The notes: generated by a model not told the origin, from the letters alone. 63,956 nt of DNA, filler included, from Trypethelium eluteriae (GCA_051942245.1; 3 parts of 3 records of this genome joined end to end with filler, not necessarily neighbours in it), one strand, 5' to 3'. Counted from the whole stretch's first letter, positions 12,682-25,075 are shown. Translations and numbers: made by a program.

Positions 12682-14610
12682 ATGGCTGCCTTGCCCATAG
12701 ATGACGGGCACACGGTCGTCCTTCCCTCCCTTCCGAAGTCCTTTCCAAGACCTGAGAGCAGCCCTGTCTCGATAGCGCAGTCATGGCTCGATAGACTGAG
12801 ACATACCATCAATGCAGGAAGATTTGAAGACCTGAAAGAGCTTCTTCATGTCGAGTCCTGGTGGCGTGACGCCTTAACACTCTCATGGGATCTCCGAACC
12901 CTACACGGTTTACCCAATATCACAGGTCTTCTCCAGAAAAGAACGGCGCGACTACATTTTAACTTCCTAAGGATTCATAGAAACGGCTATTTCGACCCCA
13001 AGTGGTGTCACATCTCTCCCGAGCTTGAATGCATTGAGACAATGTTTGAGTTTGAGACGAGCCAAGTCCGCGGCAAAGGCATGCTCAGACTTGTTCAGGA
13101 TTTCGACGGGTTATGGAAAGCATACGTACTATACACCGCGGCGCAGGAATTGGTTGGCTACGAAGACGCAGCCTACACGAGGCGACCTCATGGAGGCAAC
13201 AATTCCCTCGGCGGTGGAGCTCTGGCCGGAAACTGGCTGGAAAGGAGGCGACGCACAGTTGATTTTCAAGAAGCAGAGCCAACGGTCCTTGTAATTGGTG
13301 CTGGTCAAGCAGGTCTCAACGTAGCTGCTCGACTACAGGCTCTGGGAGTCTCCTGCCTACTGATCGATCGCAACAAGAGGATTGGTGATAATTGGCGCAA
13401 TCGTTATCGGACTCTGGTTACCCACGATCCTGTTCATACCAGCCACATGGCCTATCTTCCATTTCCGCCGACATGGCCGTTCTTCACACCCAAAGACAAA
13501 CTTGGTGACTGGTTCGAGACATATGCAAGCGCTATGGAGCTAAATGTATGGATAAGGACAAGCGTCAAGTCCGCCTCATATGATGAGGGGACCCTCACAT
13601 GGACCGTTGATCTGTTACGTGCGGATGAAAACCAGCAACGAACTCTTCACCCTCGTCATGTCATCTTCTGCACCGGGCATTCCGGGGAGCCAAGCGTACC
13701 TTCTTTCCCTGGCCAAGACACATTTAAGGGGAGCATCTACCACGGCAGTCAACATGAAGATGCCTCCTACTGCAAGGGCGATCTTCATGGAAAAAAGGTC
13801 CTTGTCGTCGGTACCGGCAATTCGGGCCACGATGTTGCGCAGAACTATTGCGAGAACGGCGCAGATGTAACGATGATCCAACGGGGTTCTACTTATGTGT
13901 TCACTACTACCAAAGGGCTCCTCACCATCAACAAAGGTGCCTATGAGGAAGGAGGCCCACCCACAGAAGATGCAGACGTGTATTCCCAGAGTACGCCTCT
14001 ACCGCTCAAGTTCCACCTGGACGTCGAAGGAACCAAAGAAATCGCAGAGGCGGAGAAGGAAACGCTAGATGGTCTAAGAAGTGCTGGGTTCAGGTTGAAT
14101 AGTGGTGTGGGAGGCGGTGGCATCTTGAGTAATTATTTAAGGAAAGGGGGAGGATACTACATTGACGTTGGCGCAAGTAAGCTAATCGGAGAGGGGAAGA
14201 TCAAGATAGTGCAGAGTCCAGATGGTATCAAAGGATTTGGAGAGAATGCGCTCGAGCTCGCAGATGGGAGAAAGTTGGAGGCGGATATTGTTGTTCTGGC
14301 AACAGGGTACGACAATATGCGATCGAGTGTAAGGAAAACGCTGGGCGATAAGGTTGCCGATCGGTGCCAAGACGCTTGGGGTTTGGATGAGGAGGGTGAA
14401 CTAAGAGGGGTACGTGCTCTGCATCTGAATACGTGCATACGATCGAAGCATCCTAATGGATTCCATGTATAGATGTGGAGACCGAGTGGCCACCCGGGAT
14501 TGTGGTACCAAGGAGGGAACCTCCTCCTGTGCCGCATATACTCCAGATTCCTCGCATTACAGATCAAAGCCATCGAGGTAGGCCTCAACCCACGCGGTCA
14601 AAGTAAGTGA
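12682..14610 (+). CDS. Class B flavin-containing monooxygenase with long N-terminal extension (type II FMO-like), 2 exons (12682-14409, 14473-14610)
   Basis: Two Rossmann motifs VIGAGQAG and VVGTGNSG, FMO-like signature FKGSIYHGSQH, IGDNWRNRY, VVLATGY; about 190-aa extension containing WWRDALTLSWDLRTLHG; last exon MWRPSGHPGLWYQGGN. Confidence 0.92.
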
Positions 14611-16529
14611 TTTCATTTCTTGAATCCTGAGGATTCCAATCCCAGTCGCTCATATTTCTTGCGCATTCATAGATGCAGCTTTTCTCAATGCCAAACTATA
14701 ATTATGCAAGCTACACAGAGGGTTCAGTTGGGCTGCGCTTTGGACTGACGTGACTGCTCAAGCTCTGACTGAGCGGATCCTGAGGTAGCATCGCTTTTAT
14801 GTAAAGTGATAGAAGTGCGCTTAACCAAAGACCAAGTCGCGACTATGTTTACTTAGCAATCTTCGTGACTCTCTAATGGGTTTAGGCCTGAGATTCAGGT
14901 CGGAAGCGATATGTCGTCCACAAGAGCCATAATCTCAACCTTTTTCGCGCGGTGTTAGTAAAGTCTACCTCGGTAGTAGTTGAGCCATGAAGAGGAACAC
15001 CTCCAAGGCTTGTTGCTATGTCATACTATGTGACAGCAATATCAACGGACACAATTTGATAATTCTGGTGTCTACGCTGTGCAGAAAGTGTGTGCAATCC
15101 GTAGACGTTTCGATATTATATATAATTAGTCATCATTCTGGCCTTGCGCCGGCTTCAGGAAGAGGCTTCGCAGTTTTTGGACGGGTGCAGGAAGCTTTGT
15201 CTTAAACATTGAGACCTGCAGCTTGCGGGAGGGACGCTTCGAAGTTTAGCGAGATTGCCAAGACAAGGCTTATTTGGCTCGCTTAGAGTATGTTACTTGC
15301 GGAGCTGATGATATGAGCCTCGTACGGTCCGCGAAGGCATTTCAACTGCATGGTCGTGTAGTTTTTGGCCAAGCCTGAACAGCTCCGTTCCAAGCTTTGT
15401 ATAGCTAGAGAAACGACGAGATATTTCCTGTAGCTTGGAAATATAGGAGCGAACGATAGTTCTACCTGATAGGTTTGAGGATTCTGTAGCGAAGTTGACA
15501 AAAGAAATAGAAAGAGTAAGAGGAAGGAAAAAAGGAAAGAAGAAATCGTCATTACAGATCGCGTATGATAGTCCCAGCAGATCACTGCAGCCACATCCCA
15601 ATAGAGGACAAGGACAAGGACTGCTAGTCACCCTTGATCTCAACAACGGAACGATCCGCGCCTTCTGTCATCCAGCTGAAGCTTACCACCATACCCATGG
15701 CGGTTCACCCTGCAACAAGCCACCAACAGCGTCCATCTTCTCGTCGAATCAGCCCCTCAAGAATTCTCTTTAATACATGAGCTGTGTCCCATCGCTCAAC
15801 AGACTTAGCTCTGACACGCGACTACCGCATGAAAATCCATACACCTGAGGCCATGGCTGTATGCACCCCGTATTTCTGCGCATAGAGCTCTCTCTGTGGC
15901 ACCGGGGGTGCAGTAATCTAGGCGCCACTATGCCCTGGTTTGTAGCCGCCGGAGACAAATCCTTCCCGCACGGTTAAGGAAGAGTATCCCAGCTTCGGCT
16001 GCTCGTCAGCGGCACATACGGCTGCAAACGTTAGAGACCTTGTTATCTGGCGCAGAGAGCGATGCAGCTGGACACGTTGACTTCTGGTATTCGGTACGAG
16101 GCAAACTCCAGGTACCCCTCCAGGAGAAGTTGGAAAAGCAATTAAGACTGCGTTCGCTAAGTCGCAGCGCTGAGATCATGGAGGGGATACATTCACCGCT
16201 CGGGTTCTGTTCTGTGAATTCCCCGTATTATTATCGTCTTAATTGCCCCGTCGTTCGTTCATGTTGGAGTTTTCGCCCCTTAGTTACTCTGCGTCTTTAT
16301 TACCTTCACTTTAAAGCTTACAATTCCTGCGCCGCGTTTGCTTACTCTTGCGCCAACACTAAAGAAGTGCTGGAAGCTATCTATCTAAACGCGGAACGCC
16401 GTGTTACAATAACCTGCGGCAAAGCGACGGGTCACTTCAGTCATTGCCGTCTCTCTTGCGCCCGCCTGTCGTGCAACCTTGCACTCTCTTGCCCTGCGTC
16501 TTGCGTAACGTGGGCTTTTCCTGCAGGAG

Positions 16530-18260
16530 ATGGATTCGTCAACGAACTTGGACAATTACGCAAATCCGAGTGCCAATCTCGTCGTCGCGACATTGTTACC
16601 GATCTTAGGCACCTTCGCCGTCACTGCGAGATTCTCACTCCAAATTGCAAAGAAATTGCCCCTTCGCGCTGATGACTGGTTATGTTTGCCGGCTTTGGTA
16701 AGTGGCACCAAATTCATCACCATTCGTAGTGCTAACGCAACGCTATAGGTGTTTGTCTGGGCTTGCGGAGGGGTTGTAATATGGGGTATGCTCTAGGATA
16801 TGCAATGCTTGTTGAAAATTGACTAACATCAGTCCCTCTCAGGTGTGGACCACCAATCCATCGGACATCATACGATCTTGAATGCTCAAGGGATGTCGGA
16901 TACAAGTAACCCCGCTTATAATACCCAGATGTTCTTCTCCCACAAGGTAAGGTATCCCTTCAAATACCTACACTTCCCCTTCATGCAGGGCCCCAATGGC
17001 TTTCGATCAGTCCAGTGGGATCCACTGCTCACCATCTATGCGCCCTTCCTACCAAGATCTTGTCCTAACTAACATCGTGGCTAGTTGGTTTTCATATTCA
17101 ATATCCTTGCGTATCCGGCGCTGTGTTTTACGAAGCTATCCATCCTATTCTTCTACCGGAGGATATTCCGTGGCAACATCTTCAACATCATTACGTGGTC
17201 CTTGATAGGGGTTGTCATCTCATGGACGGTACTATATGAACTGATTTGGGCCTTCAGCTGTCGTACCCATTTCAGCTTTTGGTGGGGCACGATCCAGCAG
17301 GTGCACGATTTCTGCTTGAACATCTTCAATGAGATGATTGCTGGATCTGCGATTGACTTCATACTGGACATTGGCATTCTGTTTCTTCCAGCCGTCAAGG
17401 TATGACCTGACCAATCACTTTCAGTCTGGAATTGGACTAATATTGGATTGATCCTAGATTTGGCAACTTCAGATGCCAACACGGCAGAAGATCATGGTTC
17501 TCGGTGTATTTCTCACTGGGCTTCTGTAAGTTACAGGCAATGGCCTATTGTGTTGGTTGTGTAATGACATCTTCCCAGCTCCGTCATTTCTGGCATCTTG
17601 CGTTTCGTTGCAACTCTTGCGCTCGCTGATTTTGGGTTGATGGGCTTTGAAGTTATTGAACATCAGCTAAATCCAGGTAATACTAAGTGTTCACTCATCC
17701 ATTTTCCTATGTAGATTAACTAATGAGGCTTCAAGATGCCCTGCTCAACCACGCAGGCGTGACGCTTGGAGTATCCAGTACCGATTGGATGGGTAAGATC
17801 ACCTTGACGGACTATAGCATTGAAAGTAGACTGCTGACAGTGAGAAAAAGGCATGGTCACGATCCATATTTTCTGGACTATGGTAGAAGTCGGTGTTGCT
17901 CTCATCGCCATCTGTCTTCCTCTCTTCCGCCCTGGGACTCTTCTCCGGAAGAACCATTGGATCCAACGCTGGCTCGGTTCCTTCTCCACCAGGCTCTCAC
18001 GTTCGCGTCGCTCCGCGCATCACTCCCATAGACACGCTCCTCCCGGAGCTGGGCGGTCCAAGCATATTCCCCTTGTCTCATCGGAAGATGAGGCGGAAAA
18101 GAGTCTTAGCAAGTCAGCAAATTCCAATACAGACTATCAAATGAGGATAGATCCGACGCAGGATGTGGAGTTGCAGGAGCGAGACTTCAAAGACAGGTAC
18201 GAGCAGCTATTTCCAACGACTACAGCCACGGTAGAAACGATTCCATCCCGTGTTGTTTAG
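16530..18260 (+). CDS. PTH11-like (fungal rhodopsin-domain) integral membrane protein, multi-exon
   Basis: LRADDWLCLPAL, FTKLSILFFYRRIF, IDFILDIGILFLP, IWQLQMPTRQK, FWTMVEVGVALIAICLP; exons connected by canonical introns; no CFEM domain seen. Confidence 0.88.
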
Positions 18261-19929
18261 TTTCTCTTTCTTTCGTGTTATGAGTAATGACTCTTTGCCC
18301 CTGTATCCAGCTCATTAACCCAATGAGTATGATACCACTGTACTTATGTTCTTGAACTACTAATTGGAGGCTTGTCTTACGGGAATTTCCCAACAGTTGT
18401 GGATGGTGAAGGAGAAGGATCTAACCAATTATGAAGCACTGGTCCCTTGAGATGGTCAAATACAGCGCATAAATATCTAGGATCTCCACTAGATTCTCCG
18501 AAGACGCTACGCGGTTGACAGAAAAAGCCGCACACCGAAATTGGGGGTGCCATCCTAAAAAGGACGCCGCATCTATAGAGTAGACTACCTCTACAAACCA
18601 GTTCAATCGCAAAGAGATAGAGATCTTCCCACTTCTTATTAGTGAGCGGGGGAGCTAACCCTTTTCTTTTGGAGCAAACCTCGTCGCAATGTTGATTGCT
18701 TGACTATATTGTATCGACGTCCGATCTTGCTTAGGCAACAGGGAATAGGTTGCATCCTGAATAAACAACGACCGGCCCAACGATGCTTCACCAAGCATGT
18801 TTGGACCAGAGTGCAAGATATGGTGCGGACCAAGTCCTGTGCTCGCTGACGTGTATAATTCTCTGATCGAATTTCTAGCCCGTGTGCGCCAGTGTCGAAC
18901 CGTCAATATCAGTTCAAAGTTTACAGGAATGTCTCTTCGACGTGCTGGGTTTCATGATCTGCACTCGCGTGGCACAGGCCTCCCTCCTCCAGTCGAGCGG
19001 ACGACCTGCCCTTTTCATGCTAGTTATTTCGAGTTGACTAGAAGGAGCATCGAGAAGAGAAGGCTATGATTTTGTCGATCCACTAAGGCTGGAAGAGCGC
19101 TGTCATTTCATTCTGCTCCGAGTTAGTATGGCTATGGACTGTGTTCTTTGATCGCAAGGCTGGAACGAAAGAATGTGTTCTGTTTAATATTAGGACTGCG
19201 CACGGGCTCGGGCTCAGGAAGCAGGCGATTCGATTCCGGATACGAAACGATTGCCTGTTTTTCGCCTACTTGTTGGGCCAAAGTATGTAGAAAGGCCTCG
19301 GAGCGATGTTCGTTCGGTGCTATATTAATCGTAGAGAAATGCGGCTGAGGGCGATCATGCAGATGTTATGCACTACACAGCACCACACTAGGATACTTTT
19401 GTCTAAGCGCCTCGGTGCCATAGCCTCCAACTGCCTTCACCCCCCTCTACTTCGCCTCATCCGATGTGTCCTTCTGAAACAGCCTTTGAATTCAGTTCTG
19501 ACGTGCGGCTACTCACAGATCGCGAGGCATCCGCAGATGATCCGTTCAAGGAAGGTGGGCGTTTGGGGTCCATTTGAGGGGTTCTCCATTGGCTGTCTAT
19601 TGAGTTCCGGATTCCTTAGCAGTCTCCACGGGAAGATGGCTGTTCAGGCTCTTATACACTCCACGCGGAGGAGGATGCTTCAACCGGCATTGGTTAATTG
19701 TTGGTGGGTATAGCTGAGCATTTAACGTGAGGCTCAAAACATAAGGATCTGTCAGATGCTATCTCACGATGTGTTCCGATTATATATAAGAGTCCGAAGG
19801 TTTGTGTGTCATCTAGAAGCGATTCGTTCGATCAAAAAGCAACAATCGACTACTCTGATTCTTTACTTCATTTCGGCGCATACGAAAAGTTTTCCTGAAT
19901 TTCTATTTGTTTGCAATTTCTCTTTCATC

Positions 19930-21396
19930 ATGCGTTCACTGTACGGCGTTCCCTTCCTCGCGCTTATCTGCAGTCTTGGCCTTTTCACTCAAATTGCAAC
20001 GTCTACTTCCTCCCCGAGAGAAACCGTCGTTATACCCCAATTAGTTGTACGGCAAACAACTTCTTCGGGTGGCTCTCAACCTACTTCGTTCCCATCAGGC
20101 TTACCGAACACTACAATTTCCTTGACATCGACCCCAACAGCATCTTCAGTGAATGTCTCAGTCGCAACAGCGATAGTGAATCAGCCTCTGGGTACGATAT
20201 CTGTTTCTGACACCAAATCCTCAGGAGGAAACTCTAATGCCGCTTCGGGTTCCATTGGTCTGGCCTGTGCCAATTGTTCGACTTTCGGGACTTTGAGCTT
20301 CTCCGAGCAAAAATTTAGCTTTGAGAATGGTACCATTACCGGAGGTATCTTCGAGATGGGAGCTAATGGCTTTGGTGGGATTTTCGAATTGAACCTTACG
20401 GCTGCGCAGCTGAAGTATGAGTTTACGCACAATATCTTGAATATACCTATCCCAGGCCTTGCCGTTAGTATCACCATGGACCCTTCTCTTACTGTTCGAG
20501 AAACTGAAATGATTAGATTGGCGCTTCAGGAGAAAACGCTGGTATAATACTTGAGATTGGGGCTGACTTCAGCATTGAACTCGATGACTCGATAGAATTT
20601 ACCCTCGGAGGTACTTTCAACGTGCGTAACTAGTTGCTCCGATTGTTCTGTCTCCAGCTTTCTGATTCGTTCCTAGGTTCCAGACGGTTCAATAATCAGC
20701 TTTGACGTGACCGATCTAGGCAACTCTACCCAGCATGGATTGTAAGTCCTCTAGGTGTTGTAGCCGCCCAGCGCTTACCAAGCTAATACCACCTTTCTCA
20801 GTACCACAGGCACAGGCCTCAAACTTGCTCCAATCCCCTTCCAGGCCAATATCTCCTCCCCAGCTCTCACCGCCTCGATCGCCATCCAACCCAAGCTTGT
20901 CCTCGGTATTCATGCGCTCGACAATGCCTTCTACGCTGAAGCTGGCATCGACTTTAATCTGCCCAAAATCTCTGTTCAGGTTGAACGGCTTACGAACGTC
21001 GATGCCAACTGCAATACCGTAAACGAAACAGGCAATCCTAATGCCATTCCCGGCAATGTTACCAATGTCATCCCATCCGCCGAAATAGACATCGGTTTGC
21101 TAGCGGACGCAGGCCTAATTGCGGTTAAGGACTCCGGAAGTACGCAGTTGGCAAGCGAATCACTGCCACTGCCAACCGCATGCTTGATGTTTGATGCAGC
21201 GGCGAAGACGTTTGGTCAGGCTGCACCTCCAGCCACCTCCTCGGCTCCGGGTTCCTCTCCGTCCGGGTCTTCGAACGGTTCTGGAATCATTGGAAAGACG
21301 CCGGGAAGTGCGGCTGCAGGGTCTCCCGAGTTTCGCGTGTGGAGCATGACATGGGGGTTAGGAGTAATATTGCTTTCTGCGATGATTTTACTGTAA
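19930..21396 (+). CDS. Secreted, probably GPI-anchored Ser/Thr-rich protein, multi-exon
   Basis: Signal peptide MRSLYGVPFLALICSLGLFTQIA, S/T-rich stalk, CANCSTFG, later exons with DANC and LPTACLMFD, hydrophobic C-terminal tail WGLGVILLSAMILL. Internal exon borders only partly traced. Confidence 0.75.
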
Positions 21397-22307
21397 GGAT
21401 ACCATTTCCAGATTTGTATGCTTCTACGAGGACTTTCATTGTGTAGTATATTGACGGCAGCTTTCCTTGTTCCTTCTGTGTCTTAATGAATCGGCTATGC
21501 CATGACTCGGTCAAATTGACTATCGTTGTAAAAGCATCTGACCGGCCCTTGCGACGGAAATAGCGACTGTGTGTTTCATTGCCTTCTCCAGTCTTGATGA
21601 TCAGTGAGATGGGCAGGGACAATGGTGAGCCTACGAACCACTCGAAGGAACGCAGCTTTCTCAGCTCTAAGGCTATCAGAACTCCTCTTGCAGAAATGAG
21701 TACAGTGGTCCTGACACCGCCACGCTGTATCGGTTCTGATGGCGCGAGTCGCAAAATCAGGTAGTCTTTACATACGCCGTTCTCGGGTGTGCTTTGGCCG
21801 TTGAAATTCTCTATTATGGTTTATTGCAGTGAATAGACTGTCTGGTGCGAAAGTGGGACGATGAGATTAATTATAGGATCTAGAAAGGCGAGACCCCATA
21901 TTCACCAAGATGGTCGGGTTGTGACTGCCCAAATAGAGGGTATCGACACCAGCTTAGCCCTAGGAACCACTGCACCTCCCAATACTGTAACAAAAAGAGT
22001 CTAGATCCGTGACTCCAATGGTACGCGACTTACACCTGCATAACTTTGCGGCCATGATCTGCGACTAGCACATCATGACGCATTTGCTTAGGAACTCATC
22101 AATCATTTTCGCGCTATATCCCGAATCTTCTATGATCAGAACGTACTTCGCTTAGCAGCATCATCCCCCTCGTCCTCAATATGATATCTTTGTTCCTCAT
22201 ACAAAGTTTATTGCAAGATATACACAGGCCTCTCAGCTACACGACATCCTTACAGGCTTTCTCGAGCTCCAAAAGCAAGGCATCAATATCAATCTTGCTC
22301 CTCTAGA

Positions 22308-22557
22308 ATGGCTAGTAAGATGAGACGGGTTGAGCTCGCCAAAATTCAGAACGATGCAGTTGCCTAAATTTCTTCAAGGATCAGTGGATACAGAACGGGC
22401 CATGCGCAAGGAAGAGCAGGCAGCACGGGAGGGGAAATACAGCGCTAGTGTGAAGGGTAGAGCCACAAGGCATGACTACACTGTTGGCGAGACAAAAAAG
22501 GCCAAGAAAGAGGCGGCAAAAGTAATGCTTAATCAACGATTTATGGGAGGTAGGTGA
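22308..22557 (+). CDS. Small basic hypothetical protein (61 aa), 2 exons (22308-22314, 22379-22557)
   Basis: ATGGCTA|GTAAGA...CCTAAA...CAAG|GA gives MARSVDTERAMRKEEQAAREGKYSASVKGRATRHDYTVGETKKAKKEAAKVMLNQRFMGGR; 64-nt intron of typical size. Confidence 0.5.
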
Positions 22558-22760
22558 TTTCTGACCTCTGAATATTTAGATGCTTGGACTCGGCTTGTAA
22601 GCGTCCCAGCTTCGAGATGTACTGATGGCTCGTGTAACTTTCAACTCGTATTTCTGAAGAAAATTAAGAAGTGAATTCGCCTATGTTGGCGTCCGTGGTA
22701 TCTTGTTTACAAACCAAAAAGGGAAAAAAAAAGCCATAGAGGAGAATAACCCGCCTGTGA

Positions 22761-23084
22761 TTACTGTACCTCCGGTTTCACTGCGAGCAATGTCAACACA
22801 CTCCATTTCGTGTCCCTTTCCAATGCCTCCTTCACACACCCAGCATTCTCCCACCACCACTTCTCCTCTCCCTTCCGCTCCGTCACAAACTCCCCCCACA
22901 CATCCTTCCACAGCTCCCGTCCCACCATGACAGCAACCTCCTCATCCATGTACGCCCCAATCACGCCCTGATTATCATTCGCCGCCGGCACCTGCAGTAT
23001 TCTCGCCATCCCCAACGCCTCCGACATGCTCCTATTCCTCGCGCTCGCACTCGCACTCGCGCTCCCCTCCGCCCTATACCCACC
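22761..23084 (-). CDS. 3' fragment of a conserved fungal protein, truncated by the assembly linker
   Basis: Frame is open from the gap to the stop; the C-terminus VGRELWKDVWGEFV...WWWENAGCVKEALERDTKW resembles ends of fungal methyltransferase-like hypothetical proteins (from memory, unverified). Confidence 0.6.
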   Translation of the reverse strand, partial: GGYRAEGSASASASARNRSMSEALGMARILQVPAANDNQGVIGAYMDEEVAVMVGRELWKDVWGEFVTERKGEEKWWWENAGCVKEALERDTKWSVLTLLAVKPEVQ

Positions 23085-23184
23085 NNNNNNNNNNNNNNNN
23101 NNNNNNNNNNNNNNNNNNNNNNNNNNNNTTAATTAATTAANNNNNNNNNNNNNNNNNNNNNNNNNNNNNNNNNNNNNNNNNNNN
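23085..23184. other. Artificial contig linker N44-TTAATTAATTAA-N44
   Basis: Exactly 100 nt; the central 12-mer puts stop codons in all six frames; identical structure at 46197. Confidence 0.97.
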
Positions 23185-23960
23185 CCGCCTGGAACAGCGA
23201 GCTGCAGAGCGCCATCCACGCCGGGACTTGCTCCACGCACCTCTCCCACTCGCACACCATCCCGCTCGCGCTCGCCGACAAGATCTACTGGCAGACGTAC
23301 GCGCGCACTGTCTCGCCCCACGTCGACCGGCTCCGCCGCTACAACGCAGGGACCGACGACGTCTACGGCGAGCTGCTCCCCCGCTTCGTCCACGACATCA
23401 TCCGCGACACGGGCCTGCGCTCCGCTCACACCTTCGTCGACTTGGGCTCCGGCGTCGGCAACGCCGTGCTGCAGGCGGCGCTGGAGGCGGGCTGCGAGGC
23501 GTGGGGCTGCGAGCTGGAGCCGACGCGGGCGCGTCTGGCGGAGGAGCAGGCGCGCGATTTTCGCGCCCGCTGTCGTATGTGGGGCTTGCGGATTGGCCGG
23601 ATTGGGTTGGTTGAGGGTGACTTTACGAAGCATCCGAAGGTGGTGGAGCTGATCCCCCGCGCGGATGTGATTCTTGTGAATAATGAGAAGTTTCAGCCGC
23701 GGCTGAATGATGCGCTGCTGCGCATGTTTCTCGATTTGAAGGATGGCGCGAGGATTGTGAGTCTGAAGAGTTTTGCGCCGGAGGGGCGGAAGGTGACGGA
23801 GAGGAATGAGAATAGCGTGGCGAATATGTTGAGGAGTAAACGGAAGTTCTTTGGGAGTGATAGTGTGAGCTGGACGGATAGTGGGGGCGAGTATCATGTG
23901 GCGGTGAAGGTGCCTTATGAGGAGAGGGTGAATGGGAAGAAGAGAAAGTCAGATGATTAA
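23185..23960 (+). CDS. DOT1: Histone H3K79 methyltransferase, 5' part missing (gap)
   Basis: DVYGELLPRF, FVDLGSGVGNAVLQAALEAGCEAWGCE, DVILVNN, DLKDGARIVSLKSF, SVSWT are Dot1 catalytic-domain motifs. Confidence 0.93.
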
Positions 23961-24838
23961 GGAGCAAAGCTTGGGTGAAGAAGGGAGTTCAACCTATTCT
24001 TGGAGGTGACTTAGAGCGTGGCGCATGGAAAGGGAGATCACGAAGTTTTGGGATGATGACTAGAAAGTGGTGCAGCGGTGCCTTTCAATTAGACAATTCT
24101 GCCTAGATAAGGTCGAATTCTTTTCATTTGTATAAGCACTAAATTTAAGAAGAGATGCTCCCTTTGCGCAAAGTTTCAGAAGCCCTGCCTTCCTGCCGAG
24201 CCTGGAGTTCGATGGAAGCTTCGGCCCACTTAACATGAAGTTCACTCGGAACATAATGGTTTGACCTCTTAAGACCAGGAAGAATGTCATTAGATAGTGT
24301 CATTATACCTAGTAGAGCAGGCGCAAGCTGAGGTAAGCTAATGGATGGCAGATAACTTTATTGCCTGTGGAGCAAACTTCTCTTGCCATAATACGCAATC
24401 AATCAATTGCCTGATCCGTCGCCTCCCACAGCTACCTAATTACCAATCACCATTTGCTACTCCCTGGCTACTGACAAACATGGGCTTCGTTTCATTGGGC
24501 TGGCTATACTCAGTTGTCTTAGAAGCTCTGAAGCTCGGATGTCCAGCAAAATACGGAGAGAGTCGTAAATTATGTCGAGATGTGGGGCAACAGTTAGAGC
24601 AGAGCTCAGAACGCGAGAGTGCTGACAGATCGATCCATCGCAGCCAAGGCCTTGTCCCCCAGTAGCCTCACTAGCGCCCAGCAAAGCTAGGAAACACAGC
24701 AGGCACTAAGCGTTGTTGGTGCCTGTGTAAATTGGTCGACATGACTTCTATTCGAGACGAAAGTAATTCTTCAGGACAATTCGCTGGATAGCAGGTAGCC
24801 GTACAGTCGGGAACATGGTGCAGTTGCTGTAAGGACGC

Positions 24839-25075
24839 TCAAAACAGGCTTGAGCGCGTGCGTCGAAGGACGTGGTTGTTTCTGGACGATCGCGAAGGCC
24901 AGTACAAGAACCTGGAGAGTCTCACGCAGATGGGACAGTCTTTGGATTTGACATCCATGACTATGTGCTTGCTGGGTTTGCAGAGCATGCCCCATCGATA
25001 CTCGCGACATTGGTGAGTTACCACATAGGTCTGTTCACGACAGGCCATGCAGAGGCGCCAAACGTGGAGACACAT
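24839..25075 (-). CDS. Cys-rich microprotein (78 aa), putative zinc-binding
   Basis: MCLHVWRLCMACREQTYVVTHQCREYRWGMLCKPSKHIVMDVKSKDCPIC...; pyrimidine-rich leader and CAGCATG start context; Cys spacing shared with the ORF at 39508-39717. Confidence 0.55.
   Translation of the reverse strand: MCLHVWRLCMACREQTYVVTHQCREYRWGMLCKPSKHIVMDVKSKDCPICVRLSRFLYWPSRSSRNNHVLRRTRSSLF

Noticed and set aside
23133..23897. 254-aa minus-strand ORF ending in X residues
   Set aside because: Antisense to DOT1 and terminated by the synthetic linker.
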